Positions 41,914 to 51,730 of a stretch of 64,000 nt of DNA are shown piece by piece; positions within the stretch are counted from its first letter, which is position 1, and each line of letters opens with the position of its first letter. The stretch is taken from assembly GCA_963662655.2 (NCBI GenBank), contig CAXXTU010000002.1:1280001-1344000 (forward strand), given 5' to 3'. The notes under the pieces are model-generated. The model was not told where the DNA came from. It worked only from the letters and a program-made list of their open reading frames with translations, and made no database searches. The stretch comes from Candidatus Cloacimonadales bacterium (lineage in GTDB: Bacteria > Cloacimonadota > Cloacimonadia > Cloacimonadales > JAIOQZ01). A program made the position numbers and the translations under genes.

Positions 41914-42560
41914 TGTAAGTTCTCCAGCACTGTTCTGACCAACTGCTCCAGTTTGAGCCAGTACATAGTTTTACGATTGTGTAAGATGGTTCCCATCGCG
42001 TAATGATTCAGTTCCGAATAAGCTTGTGGTTCACCCAAATCGCTCTCTTTATAGCGGTAGATGCCGATCACCTCATCCACGGGAAACACCCAGGTGGAGC
42101 CATCGACGTAAAGAGACACGAAATATGGGTTGGGGGATACTTCGTTGATCAGGAGCAGCGCATGCAAGGAGAAGCACAACTCCAGCGATCCCTCGATGTT
42201 CACAAGCCCGAGAAAAACGTCACGGGACAGACGGGGAATCGGATAAATCTTCTGCTTCTTCACGATGCTCTTTACGTAGTGTACGGGAATTCCCAGCAGT
42301 TCGCGTCCAAGATTGAACAGCACCAGGGGCGTGCCTTTCTCGGGCTTTCCCTCCTGCTTTTTCAGCCTTTCATAGAAGGATATCAGGTAATCTTCCGGCG
42401 CTTCGCTGCTCAGTTGTTCGGTGCTTTTCTCACGAAAGACATCGCAGAAGCGGCAGTGTATCGCTTCTTCCAGCTTCGGGCAGCTACGATCGCCGCGAAC
42501 CCCGATTTCCTCCCAGCAATAGATCCTGCTACGCTCTATCATCTCTTCGGATTTCATCAT
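41910..42560 (-). CDS. CheW-domain protein (WspD-like)
   Basis: Cys-rich CWEEIGVRGDRSCPKL...HCRFC N-terminus typical of WspD; IPR...LGLVNIEG CheW motif. Confidence 0.85.
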   Translation of the reverse strand: MMKSEEMIERSRIYCWEEIGVRGDRSCPKLEEAIHCRFCDVFREKSTEQLSSEAPEDYLISFYERLKKQEGKPEKGTPLVLFNLGRELLGIPVHYVKSIVKKQKIYPIPRLSRDVFLGLVNIEGSLELCFSLHALLLINEVSPNPYFVSLYVDGSTWVFPVDEVIGIYRYKESDLGEPQAYSELNHYAMGTILHNRKTMYWLKLEQLVRTVLENLQ

Positions 42561-42619
42561 TCAAAATTTTAACGACCTCATTATACGCATTGCAACGTTT
42601 TGGGGTATCGGAGCTATGG

Positions 42620-44131
42620 TTATTCCTCTTCCGTTTCATCGAAGTAGGAGAAATCGAACAGGTGATCGATGATGTCGCTGGGGATGATGGATGCCTTGCC
42701 TCTGGTTCGGGCAAGTTCGTCGGCGGTGAATCCCAATAGCCAGCTTCCGCTGTGAGCGGCTTGCGGAAGATCGAGACCCTGCGCGATGAACGAAGTGATG
42801 ATTCCTGCGAGCACATCGCCGCTACCGCCTGTTGCCAGGCCGTCGTTGCCGGTGATGTTGAAGAGGAATTCCTCGCCGTCGTATAGAATGGACACATTGC
42901 TCTTCAGCAGCACAGGGCACTGGTATTTCTCGAAGAGCGCTTCGAGGGCTGCGATCATATCTTGTTCTATCTCATCGGCTTCCACGCCTAGCAAGCGCGC
43001 GAATTCTCCCACGTGCGGAGTCAGTAGCGGCTGAGGGCATTCCAAGAGCTTCGCCTGAAGTACCTCGCTACGAGCGATGCAATTGATGCCGTCCGCGTCA
43101 ATGACAAGCGGGAGTTCGCAGTTACCAAGCAGAAAATCCATCAGCTCGACGGCCTTGTCGTCTGTTCCGAGACCCGGCCCGACCAGGCATACATCCGAGT
43201 CGTTGAGGATGCGCATCATCGCCTTATGATCGAGTGCGCCGGATTCGAGGTAGGGACGCGGCTGCGTCATGACTTCGGTGAGCTTGGTTTCGTAAACCGT
43301 TTCCATACCCGGCGTGTGATACAGCTTGATAAGCCCCGCGCCGCTGCGAAGGGCAGCTCTGGAAGCCAGCACCGCCGCACCGGAGAGTCCCGGAGAGCCG
43401 GCAAAGATAGCGACCTTACCGTAATCACCCTTGTGCGAAAACTTGGTTCGGGGTGGAAGAGCGGGTAGATTGAGGATGAACGCCTTAGGGTGGTGGATGA
43501 AGTAGAATTCGTGTGGAATCCCGATATTGATTACGTGCAGCGTACCAGTGCAACGCGCGCCATCCATCAGGAAATGGCCGTATTTGGGAGCTGCCATCGT
43601 CAGCGTGTGCGTAGCGATTACGGCAGTCTTGCCAATTCCGGTGTTTGCATCAATCCCGGACGGTATATCGACGGAGTAGATGGGCATGCAACTCTGATTG
43701 ATCAGCTCGATCACATCTCGATATTGTTGGGAGACCTCTCCCTTGAATCCGATGCCGAAGATGGCGTCGACGATGATGTCGTATTCATCCAAGTCGAGCT
43801 CCTCCAGACCGATTACGGGGATATCGAGTTTCTTGCAGAGCGAGAAATTCGTTGCTGTTTCCGGGGACATACGTTCCTCGTTACCCAGAAACACGATGAC
43901 GGGATCGTGCCCCATGACATGCAGCCAGCGTGCGATGACGAATCCGTCGCCGCCATTGTTTCCGTGACCGCAGAAGATCACGGCGAACTTCTCTTCATCG
44001 CCGATCTCTTCCAGCATTGCTTCAACGCAGTTCCGACCGGCGTTCTCCATGAGGATCGCGCTTGATAGACCAAACTCGGTCATTGTGTATTGGTCTGTGT
44101 TTTTCATTTCTTCTCTTGAAAGGATAATCAT
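42620..44131 (-). CDS. nnr: bifunctional NAD(P)H-hydrate epimerase/dehydratase
   Basis: LMENAG, GNNGGDG, DIPSG, HKGDYG, TPHVGEF and ATGGSGDVLAG. Confidence 0.95.
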   Translation of the reverse strand: MIILSREEMKNTDQYTMTEFGLSSAILMENAGRNCVEAMLEEIGDEEKFAVIFCGHGNNGGDGFVIARWLHVMGHDPVIVFLGNEERMSPETATNFSLCKKLDIPVIGLEELDLDEYDIIVDAIFGIGFKGEVSQQYRDVIELINQSCMPIYSVDIPSGIDANTGIGKTAVIATHTLTMAAPKYGHFLMDGARCTGTLHVINIGIPHEFYFIHHPKAFILNLPALPPRTKFSHKGDYGKVAIFAGSPGLSGAAVLASRAALRSGAGLIKLYHTPGMETVYETKLTEVMTQPRPYLESGALDHKAMMRILNDSDVCLVGPGLGTDDKAVELMDFLLGNCELPLVIDADGINCIARSEVLQAKLLECPQPLLTPHVGEFARLLGVEADEIEQDMIAALEALFEKYQCPVLLKSNVSILYDGEEFLFNITGNDGLATGGSGDVLAGIITSFIAQGLDLPQAAHSGSWLLGFTADELARTRGKASIIPSDIIDHLFDFSYFDETEEE

Positions 44132-44132
44132 T

Positions 44133-45428
44133 TCACTTCTCCGGTAGCATTATTTCAATGGTCGTTCCTTCGCCCACGGTGCTTTCGAGCACCCTGATGC
44201 GACCTTTATGATAGTCTTCGACAATGCGCTTGGCGAGGCTCAATCCAAGTCCCCAGCCTCGACTTTTCGATGTGATTCCAGGCTCGAAAATCTTGGAGTA
44301 CTTCGATTTGGGAATACCGATTCCCTCGTCGCGAACCTGGATGTATGTGTTTCCGTTTTTGCTTGTGGCGGTCAGAATGATGTTGCCGCCCTTGTTCTTC
44401 ATGGCGTCGATGCTGTTTCTCACCAGATTCTCGATTGTCCACCGAATCAAGTCGGGATCGACGTTGATGATGATATCGTCAATTTTACTTATAAGATGGA
44501 TTTCGATCTCGTTATCCAGGTTGGGAAGCCTTGTATTGAAGTACTCGATGGTCTCTTCGAGGATTTTATTGATTCCGCAAGGCTTGAGCTTCACCACCGA
44601 ACCGACTTTCCCAAAGCGATTTGCGACCTTCTGAAGATGAGCCACATCCGCCTTCATGTGATCGATCATCTCGATCATGCTCACGTCTTCGCAACTGGAC
44701 TCGATGCGCATTTTCAGGAGATCGAGCCACGCGAGCATGGACGATATCGGGGTCCCGAACTGGTGGGCTGTTTCCTTGGCAAGGCCGATCCAGAGCTTGT
44801 CCTTCTCGCTCTTCTTCACAAGAAACACGCCGTGGAGACCGAATATGACAAACACGAGCACCAGCGCCATCTCGAACACCGGCATATAGCGCAACTGCTT
44901 CATGGAGAACGGCTCGCTGTAATAAACATAGCCGAAGACGCTTGTATCGGGAAAACTATCCGGTGGAGCTTTGGCAAGCGGAATTGCGTAAAGGCTATCT
45001 GTCGAGGTGAACTGAAGCGCTATTTTGTTGGCGCTGTGCATTCCCTTGAGCTCTTCGCGCAGCATCTGTTGCTTCTTGGTATCCAGATAGCGATATGGGA
45101 GATTGTCGACTTCGATATTTTTCCAGGCGATCGGCTCGTTATTGCTGTCCGTCACGATGATCTTGTAGTCGATATTCTGAAAGACATGTTCCTGGATGTA
45201 CTCCACCAGGCGATCTTTCCAAATCTCGCTTTCCCAGTCGCTATCCGTGAGTAGGGTAAAATATCTCGCGAAGAGGTTGGGGACAATGTGAGCGTCTTTC
45301 CTGGCGTGGAAAATGAGTCGATTGGAGTATATCACGAAAAAGAACATGATCAGCGCGCTGCCGAAAATGAAATAGAGTTTTAGCAGCAGGTTTCGATCAC
45401 TTCCTTTTAACAGCTTCCCAAACTTCAT
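44133..45428 (-). CDS. membrane sensor histidine kinase
   Basis: Two TM segments, AKETAHQFGTP H-box, ENLVRNSIDA and GWGLGLS. Start placed at MKFGK. Confidence 0.9.
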   Translation of the reverse strand: MKFGKLLKGSDRNLLLKLYFIFGSALIMFFFVIYSNRLIFHARKDAHIVPNLFARYFTLLTDSDWESEIWKDRLVEYIQEHVFQNIDYKIIVTDSNNEPIAWKNIEVDNLPYRYLDTKKQQMLREELKGMHSANKIALQFTSTDSLYAIPLAKAPPDSFPDTSVFGYVYYSEPFSMKQLRYMPVFEMALVLVFVIFGLHGVFLVKKSEKDKLWIGLAKETAHQFGTPISSMLAWLDLLKMRIESSCEDVSMIEMIDHMKADVAHLQKVANRFGKVGSVVKLKPCGINKILEETIEYFNTRLPNLDNEIEIHLISKIDDIIINVDPDLIRWTIENLVRNSIDAMKNKGGNIILTATSKNGNTYIQVRDEGIGIPKSKYSKIFEPGITSKSRGWGLGLSLAKRIVEDYHKGRIRVLESTVGEGTTIEIMLPEK

Positions 45429-46167
45429 CGAGCTGCTCCAGCGTTTGTTCGTGCATGTCAAGCCCGGCGTTTGCAAATTCCTTTTCCACCTGCCGGAACC
45501 GATTCTCGAATTTTCGTATCGCACCCCGCAAGGCTGCCTCGCTATCGATGTGCAGTTTACGGGCAAGATTCACCACGGTGAAGAGGATATCGCCGATTTC
45601 GTCCTCGATCCGCTCTTGCGGCTCATTTTCCCAGGCCTCTTCGAACTCGGCGAACTCTTCTTTCATCTTCTCGAAGACAGGCTCGGGAGATGGCCAGTCG
45701 AAGCCTACGGATGCCGCTTTCTCCTGCATTCGCTGAGCGACGATGAGTCCGGGCATGGAATGCGGGATGCCATCGATTGCCGAGCGATCCCGTTTCTCTT
45801 TTTCGCGACGTTTGAGCCGCTCCCAGTTCATTTTAACTTCGTCCGCGTCCGTCGCTTTCGCGTCGGAGAAGATATGCGGGTGGCGTATGATCAGCTTTTT
45901 GCAGATGCGGTTGAGAACATCCGCGCCAGTGAAGTCGCCGTTCTCCTCTGCGATGCGAATCTGCATCACAACATGCAGCATGATATCGCCGAGTTCTTCG
46001 CAAAGGTGCGGTTGGTCGTCATGCTCGATTGCCTCGATCGCCTCGTAGAGTTCCTCGATGAAGTTCGGAACCAGCGATCGGGAGGTCTGCTTCAAATCCC
46101 AGGGACAGCCGTTCTCCGGATCTCTCAACCTTGCAACAACTTGTATCAATTCATCAAATTCTTTCAT
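45397..46167 (-). CDS. mazG: nucleoside triphosphate pyrophosphohydrolase
   Basis: LRDPENGCPWD, EELGD, RHPHIF and DEIGDILF tandem MazG domains. Confidence 0.96.
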   Translation of the reverse strand: MKEFDELIQVVARLRDPENGCPWDLKQTSRSLVPNFIEELYEAIEAIEHDDQPHLCEELGDIMLHVVMQIRIAEENGDFTGADVLNRICKKLIIRHPHIFSDAKATDADEVKMNWERLKRREKEKRDRSAIDGIPHSMPGLIVAQRMQEKAASVGFDWPSPEPVFEKMKEEFAEFEEAWENEPQERIEDEIGDILFTVVNLARKLHIDSEAALRGAIRKFENRFRQVEKEFANAGLDMHEQTLEQLDEVWEAVKRK

Positions 46168-46262
46168 GGATTCCCTTTCATTCGGTTCATAATATCGGTA
46201 AGAAAGACAGCGGGGAAATGTTTGTCAATGAAAACAAGAATTTCGCGTGCACCATCTTCCAT

Positions 46263-46468
46263 AGCTCACCGACCGCGCGGCGGGGCGACGCCGGAAGTCC
46301 ATACGCACCAAAGTAATGGCCCAAACAAAGTCTGTCCGCCGCGACAAAGCCAGCGCTAGTGATCCCTCTCAGGGACTTCCGGGAACGCTTATGAGCTGCA
46401 ACGCAGCTCATAAGCGTTCTGTGTGCGAAGCACACGCGCCGCCCCGCCGCGCTGAGCTGGTTGAGCAA
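46263..46468 (-). repeat. GC-rich four-way-junction structured element, copy 2
   Basis: Closing stem 46275-46290/46437-46452, 10 bp stem 46291-46300/46373-46382, perfect 17 bp hairpin 46383-46419, and gtgtgc-gaa-gcacac at 46421-46435. Confidence 0.75.
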
Positions 46469-46558
46469 CTCGAACCTGCCGGATTGTTTTCATGGACAAG
46501 CATTTCTCGACAAAAAGAATCGCTCGCAGAATATTCGTTCTGTTATGGAGACCAGGAC

Positions 46559-47779
46559 ATGAGCGAGATCAAAGACAAGCTGCGCCTTCTCGGCCTGAAG
46601 CTTTCCCCGCAGGAAAAGCCCAAAACGAAGATTAGTCGGTTCCGACTGGACAATGATCTCGTCGGAAAATACATAGATACGCACTCCGGTTCGATCTTCG
46701 TGCGGGAGACGGTGCTTCCGGTCGATTACTCTCATGGCTGGCTCTCCCCCATACGATATCCCAGTGAAATGAAGCTCCTCGCCCAATACGCCAGGCTGCA
46801 CGACCACACATCCATCGAACCCAATCAGGTTGTGTACCTCGACACGGAAACAACCGGCCTTGCCGGCGGAACAGGCACATACGCCTTCATGGTAGGAGTC
46901 GGAAGATTCACGCCAAACGGATTCTTCCTCCGGCAATACATCATGGCGGATCCGACCGAGGAGGTCTTCCTGATCGAAGCGCTGCAAAATGAATTCGATA
47001 CCGCCCAAACAACGGTCTCATACAACGGTAAGGCGTTCGACATCCCGCTACTGGAAAGCCGGTTTATCCTGAACGGTTTTCCCATGCCGTTCGAGGAGAT
47101 GCAACACCTCGATCTGCTGCATCCGGCCCGCAGACTCTGGAGGAACCGCTTCGATTCGTGCCGTCTGAGCGCTCTGGAATACTACGTTCTTGGCATCGTC
47201 CGCTCGGAAGACGACATCCCGGGCTCCATGATACCCCAGATGTATTTCGACTTCCTGCAATCGCGCGATCCCGAGTTCTTCAACGGCATACTGTACCATA
47301 ATCAGGAAGACATCGTAAGCCTGGCGGCATTCCACCAATTGATCGCACAAATCCTCGAAAATCCGGATCAATGCGATGAGAAGATTCTGGATTTCTTTGA
47401 ATTGGGAAAACTATACGAGGATTTACATGAAAACGACCGCGCGAGGGACATGTTCAGAAGGATAATAGAGCCCGATAGCGATGTCAACAAGCGACATTCG
47501 TTCCTGCTCAAACGCATTGGGGACTGGCCGGAGGCGGTAGAAATCTGGCTGCGTGAGTGCGATGCCGGTTGCGATTACGCCATGCTTGAACTCGCGAAGT
47601 ACTACGAGCACCAGCGGAGAGATTTCGAGAAAGCCAGGCACTTCTCGACCCTCCTCACCCGGGCAATCATGGATTCAGGCAAGACATGCAGTAACGAAGA
47701 CCTCGACGCGATAGAAAAACGGCTTCAAAGACTCGATCGCAAGATCAGAGCCGCTGAAGCCGATAAAATTTCAGATTGA
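46559..47779 (+). CDS. YprB/RNase_H_2-family exonuclease with C-terminal TPR
   Basis: YLDTETTGL, YNGKAFD, HLDLLHPARR, HNQEDIVSL and ELAKYYEH. Start placed at MSEIKDKL after a GGAG SD. Confidence 0.85.
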   Translation: MSEIKDKLRLLGLKLSPQEKPKTKISRFRLDNDLVGKYIDTHSGSIFVRETVLPVDYSHGWLSPIRYPSEMKLLAQYARLHDHTSIEPNQVVYLDTETTGLAGGTGTYAFMVGVGRFTPNGFFLRQYIMADPTEEVFLIEALQNEFDTAQTTVSYNGKAFDIPLLESRFILNGFPMPFEEMQHLDLLHPARRLWRNRFDSCRLSALEYYVLGIVRSEDDIPGSMIPQMYFDFLQSRDPEFFNGILYHNQEDIVSLAAFHQLIAQILENPDQCDEKILDFFELGKLYEDLHENDRARDMFRRIIEPDSDVNKRHSFLLKRIGDWPEAVEIWLRECDAGCDYAMLELAKYYEHQRRDFEKARHFSTLLTRAIMDSGKTCSNEDLDAIEKRLQRLDRKIRAAEADKISD

Positions 47780-47783
47780 TCGA

Positions 47784-48563
47784 TCAGTGCCTTGCGCGAC
47801 ACAAACCCCTGTTCGAGTTCTGAGCGAATTCAATAAAGAGCTTCTGCTCAGGAGTCGGGTTCTCGATTTCGAGAGCTTTCTCCAAAGCGTCGCCACGATT
47901 CAAACCGGTGCGGAAGAACAAGTCGTAAACGTCTTTGATCGCGTTGATCTGTTCCGTTGTAAATCCTTTGCGCTGCAATCCTACCGTATTGAGACCCGAA
48001 AGCCTGTACGGCATATCCTCGCCGCGGGTATAGGGCGGAACGTCCATCTTGACGCCCGATTTCCCACCCACAAACGCATACGCGCCGATCTGCACGAACT
48101 GATGAACCGCCGTCATGCCGCCAACGGTCACGAAGTCCTGAATCGTGATATGCCCGGCCAGGTTCACCGCATTCGCGATGATGACGTTGCTTCCGATATG
48201 GCAGTTGTGCGCCACATGAACATAGGCCATCAATAGGCACCCGTTATCGATCGTAACCGGCTCTTCCAGCGTTGCGCTCTTGTTGATCGTGGTGAATTCG
48301 CGGAACGTGTTGTTATCGCCGATAATCAACCGCGTTGGGTCACTTTGCTTGAATTTCAGGTCCTGAGGTTCGGTTCCAATCACCGCAGAGTGGAAAAATC
48401 TGTTATTCTTTCCGATTGTCGTGTGACCGTCGATGACCACGTTGGAAACAAGCTCGCAACCGTCGCCGAGAACCACATTCTCACCAATCATACAATACGG
48501 GCCGATCTTCACGTCGTTCCCGATCTTCGCGTTTGGATGTACTATTGCTGTTGGATGAACCAT
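47784..48563 (-). CDS. lpxA: UDP-N-acetylglucosamine acyltransferase
   Basis: HPTAIV, PQDLKF, HVAHNC, LAGH and GLNTVGLQRKGF; hexapeptide repeats. Confidence 0.97.
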   Translation of the reverse strand: MVHPTAIVHPNAKIGNDVKIGPYCMIGENVVLGDGCELVSNVVIDGHTTIGKNNRFFHSAVIGTEPQDLKFKQSDPTRLIIGDNNTFREFTTINKSATLEEPVTIDNGCLLMAYVHVAHNCHIGSNVIIANAVNLAGHITIQDFVTVGGMTAVHQFVQIGAYAFVGGKSGVKMDVPPYTRGEDMPYRLSGLNTVGLQRKGFTTEQINAIKDVYDLFFRTGLNRGDALEKALEIENPTPEQKLFIEFAQNSNRGLCRARH

Positions 48564-48570
48564 TTCAACC

Positions 48571-49962
48571 TCATTTCCTCATTAGTTTTGCCAGGAAATC
48601 ACCTTCGCAGACTTTCGTATCACCGACAAAAGCATCTCCGTGCATCTTGACCAGCGTGCGCTTGAGCGAGATAATCTCCAGCTCGAACCGTAGCGTATCG
48701 CCCGGTAGCACGGGCTTGCGGAATTTCACGTTGTCTATTGAAGCGAAGTACGCCACGTAGTTCTCTGGATCGTCGTATTCGTTGAGAATCATAATACCGC
48801 CGGTCTGTGCCATCGCTTCAACGATGAGAACGCCCGGCATTACCGGATGACCGGGAAAATGCCCCTGGAAGAACGGCTCGTTGATGGTAACGTTCTTGAT
48901 ACCCGTGATGTGCTTACCGGTTTCAAACTCGGTAACCTTATCGACAAGCAGGAACGGATAACGATGCGGAAGCATGCGCTGGATCGCGTTGATATCGAAA
49001 ACGACATCCTTGAGCTTCTTGCCCTGAAACGCCTTTTGCATCTCCTGCTTCTTGTGGATTCCGCGAAGCTTCTTCACCAGTTCCACATTCGTCTTATGTC
49101 CGCTACGAGCGGCAAGGATATGCCCTTTGATCGGGAGCCCCAGAAGCGCGATATCGCCAATGAGATCAACCACTTTGTGACGAACGAACTCGTTGTGGAA
49201 GCGAAGCGGCGTATCCATGACTACACCCGTCTTCTCACCGACTTTTACATCCTTGTAGTCGAACAGTTTTTTCACCTTCTCCATATCTTCATCAGTGGAG
49301 TGGCTTCGGGTGATGACCAGAGCATTCTCCAGGCTACCGCCTTTGATGAGTCCCGCTTCCTTCAGCGCAATGATTTCATCAAGAAAACAGAACGTACGGG
49401 CTGGAGCAAATTCTTTTTCGAAGTAATCCATCGAAGGAAGCCAAGTGTATTGGGTTCCCACAAATTTACTGTCAAACTCAACCATGAAGGTCACTTTCAG
49501 CTCGTTGGAGGGGACGATCACGACATCAACATTGTCGTCTTGCGCTGAGAATGAAATAGGCTCGTCAAACTCGAAGTATTCGCGTGGGCTGTTTTGCTTC
49601 ACATAACCAACCTGATCCAGCAGTTTCATGAAAGGCAAAGCGCTTCCATCAGCAACCGGCACTTCCGGGCCGTTGACTTCCACAAGGATATTGTCCAGAT
49701 CGCAACCTTTAATCGCAGCGAGAAGATGCTCGACGGTCGCAACAGATGCTCCGTTTATACCGATTGTCGTCCCGCGGGAGATGTCGATCACGTGGTCGAT
49801 GTCCGCCGGAATCTCCGGATTACCCGGTAAATCGGTACGAATAAAAACGATGCCCTTATCTTCTTTCGCCGGCTTGAACGTCACCGTGGAAATCTCTCCG
49901 TAGTGCAGTCCTATACCGGTATAGCATACCTGCCCACCTATTGTATGTTGATAATCTCTCAT
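48571..49962 (-). CDS. lpxC-fabZ: bifunctional LpxC deacetylase / FabZ dehydratase
   Basis: GIGLH, TVEHLLAA and RHKVVDLIGD (LpxC), then LPHRYPFLLVD and GHFPGHPVMPGVLIVEAMAQ (FabZ). Confidence 0.96.
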   Translation of the reverse strand: MRDYQHTIGGQVCYTGIGLHYGEISTVTFKPAKEDKGIVFIRTDLPGNPEIPADIDHVIDISRGTTIGINGASVATVEHLLAAIKGCDLDNILVEVNGPEVPVADGSALPFMKLLDQVGYVKQNSPREYFEFDEPISFSAQDDNVDVVIVPSNELKVTFMVEFDSKFVGTQYTWLPSMDYFEKEFAPARTFCFLDEIIALKEAGLIKGGSLENALVITRSHSTDEDMEKVKKLFDYKDVKVGEKTGVVMDTPLRFHNEFVRHKVVDLIGDIALLGLPIKGHILAARSGHKTNVELVKKLRGIHKKQEMQKAFQGKKLKDVVFDINAIQRMLPHRYPFLLVDKVTEFETGKHITGIKNVTINEPFFQGHFPGHPVMPGVLIVEAMAQTGGIMILNEYDDPENYVAYFASIDNVKFRKPVLPGDTLRFELEIISLKRTLVKMHGDAFVGDTKVCEGDFLAKLMRK

Positions 49963-51026
49963 GATTCATCCTCATCTTTCATTAGAACTTCCTTGATTTC
50001 TTTCAGCGCAAGTCGCGTTTCCTTCATGAAGTCGGGAAGCTTCAATTGGCTGAGATACATACGCTTCTGCTGAATCGCTTCCACAGCGGGAGAACCGAAC
50101 ATCTTCATACCGTCGGGAATATCCTTGGCGATGCCTGATTGCGCTCCCACCATAACTTCATCACCGATATTGCGATGGTCGCCAATGCCCACCTGACCTG
50201 CCAGATAAACCCGGCTGCCGACCCTGGTGCTTCCGGCGACACCCACTTGGGCGCAAAGAATACTATCTTCGCCGATCACCACGTTGTGCCCGACCTGAAC
50301 CATGTTGTCCAGCTTCGTTCGTGCTCCGATCACCGTTGAACCGAGCGTCGCGCGGTCAACCGAAGAATTCGCGCCGATCTCCACGTCGTCGTGGATGATC
50401 ACGTTACCGACTTGCGGAATCTTCACCTGTTTGCCGTCCATCAGAACGTAGCCGAAACCGTCCGCGCCAATGACAACACCCGCATGCAGGATAACCCTAT
50501 CGTGCAAAACACATTCGTCGTAAATCGTAACATTCGGGAAAAACTTGCATCCCGCCCCGATTTTCACGTAATCGCCGATCACGCAGTTGGGACCAATCTC
50601 GCAACCGTCTCCGATCGCACTTTCCCTTCCGATCACAACGCCCGGCGCAATGCTTACATTGCCACCGATCTTCGCGGTTTCGTGAATCGTCGCTTTCCCG
50701 GATACGCTTTTCTCGGAATTCTCAGATTCCTCAGCAAGCAAGCGCGTTACAAGCCCCATGAAAGCTATCATCGGCTTCTCGACAATCAAGCATGGAACAT
50801 GCTTGAATTCCTCGCCATAGAGATTCTCATGAAGCATGAGAAGTCCAGCCTTGGTCGAGCGAGCGCTTTCGATGTAGTCGGGGCTTTCCAGGAAGCAAAT
50901 CGATGAGCCGTCCGCGTTCTCCAGAGAGGAGACGCTCGTAAGCTCGATGGAGCCTTCGCCCATCAGCTTCCCATCGAGGAGTTCGGCAATTTCCTGCGCG
51001 GTATGAGATTTAAGAAAACGCTTCAT
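49959..51026 (-). CDS. lpxD: UDP-3-O-acylglucosamine N-acyltransferase
   Basis: IGADGFGY, KIPQVG, DRATLG and KLDNMVQVGHNV. Confidence 0.96.
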   Translation of the reverse strand: MKRFLKSHTAQEIAELLDGKLMGEGSIELTSVSSLENADGSSICFLESPDYIESARSTKAGLLMLHENLYGEEFKHVPCLIVEKPMIAFMGLVTRLLAEESENSEKSVSGKATIHETAKIGGNVSIAPGVVIGRESAIGDGCEIGPNCVIGDYVKIGAGCKFFPNVTIYDECVLHDRVILHAGVVIGADGFGYVLMDGKQVKIPQVGNVIIHDDVEIGANSSVDRATLGSTVIGARTKLDNMVQVGHNVVIGEDSILCAQVGVAGSTRVGSRVYLAGQVGIGDHRNIGDEVMVGAQSGIAKDIPDGMKMFGSPAVEAIQQKRMYLSQLKLPDFMKETRLALKEIKEVLMKDEDES

Positions 51027-51571
51027 TATTCGTTCGTATCTTCTGTTTCGCCGTCGGTCGCTGAATTCATTTCATCCAGAACGACATCCGTGACATCGAG
51101 GCTTGGAACCGCGTAAAGGATTCCGCCAGCCGCCGCGTCGAGGATTACCGAATAACCGTACTCGTCAGCGACTTTCTTGATGGCGATCTGTACCTTGTTC
51201 ATGATCGGTTCGAGCAGTTCTTCGTTCTTGCGAGCGGCCTTACCGTTCTCACCGAAAATTTCCTGGATCAAGCGCTTGCGTTCGTCGATCTTGTTGTTGA
51301 TCGCGCCCTCGGCTTCTTTCTTGCCGGCGTCCGTCATGGTAAGTTTACGGGCTTCGTATTCATCCGTAAGACGATCGATCTCTTCCTCGAGTTCGGTGAT
51401 CTGGGCTTCCCAAATCTGACGCTCGCTTTCGAAGAGCTTCTCTGCTTCCTGTGTATCCTTGCTTTCTGCCATGATGCGTTCGCTATCGACGTAACCGATT
51501 TTCATTTGATCTTCAGCCATAAGCAACATCGCAAACGCTGTCAAAACCAGTGCCAGTACTATTTTTTTCAT
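51026..51571 (-). CDS. skp: OmpH/Skp periplasmic chaperone
   Basis: Signal peptide, KIGYVDSERI, coiled coil, GYSVILD...DVTDVV; precedes lpxD. Confidence 0.9.
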   Translation of the reverse strand: MKKIVLALVLTAFAMLLMAEDQMKIGYVDSERIMAESKDTQEAEKLFESERQIWEAQITELEEEIDRLTDEYEARKLTMTDAGKKEAEGAINNKIDERKRLIQEIFGENGKAARKNEELLEPIMNKVQIAIKKVADEYGYSVILDAAAGGILYAVPSLDVTDVVLDEMNSATDGETEDTNE

Positions 51572-51730
51572 GATTCCTCCGTTGGAATATATATTTTATA
51601 AATCTCTTTTTGTAAGTTTTCCATAAAAAAAACACGTTTCATAGCGTCAACAGAAAAAAGAGCTCTGCCCATGCAACCTCTTCCTTCGCAATTGAGTTCT
51701 CGAAGCCGCATTCCGTAAAAACGCTCATCG

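Noticed and set aside
46316..46558. N-terminal extension of the exonuclease ORF, and small ORFs over 10530-10885 and 46187-46468
   Set aside because: They run through the structured palindromic elements. An SD-supported start exists at 46559.
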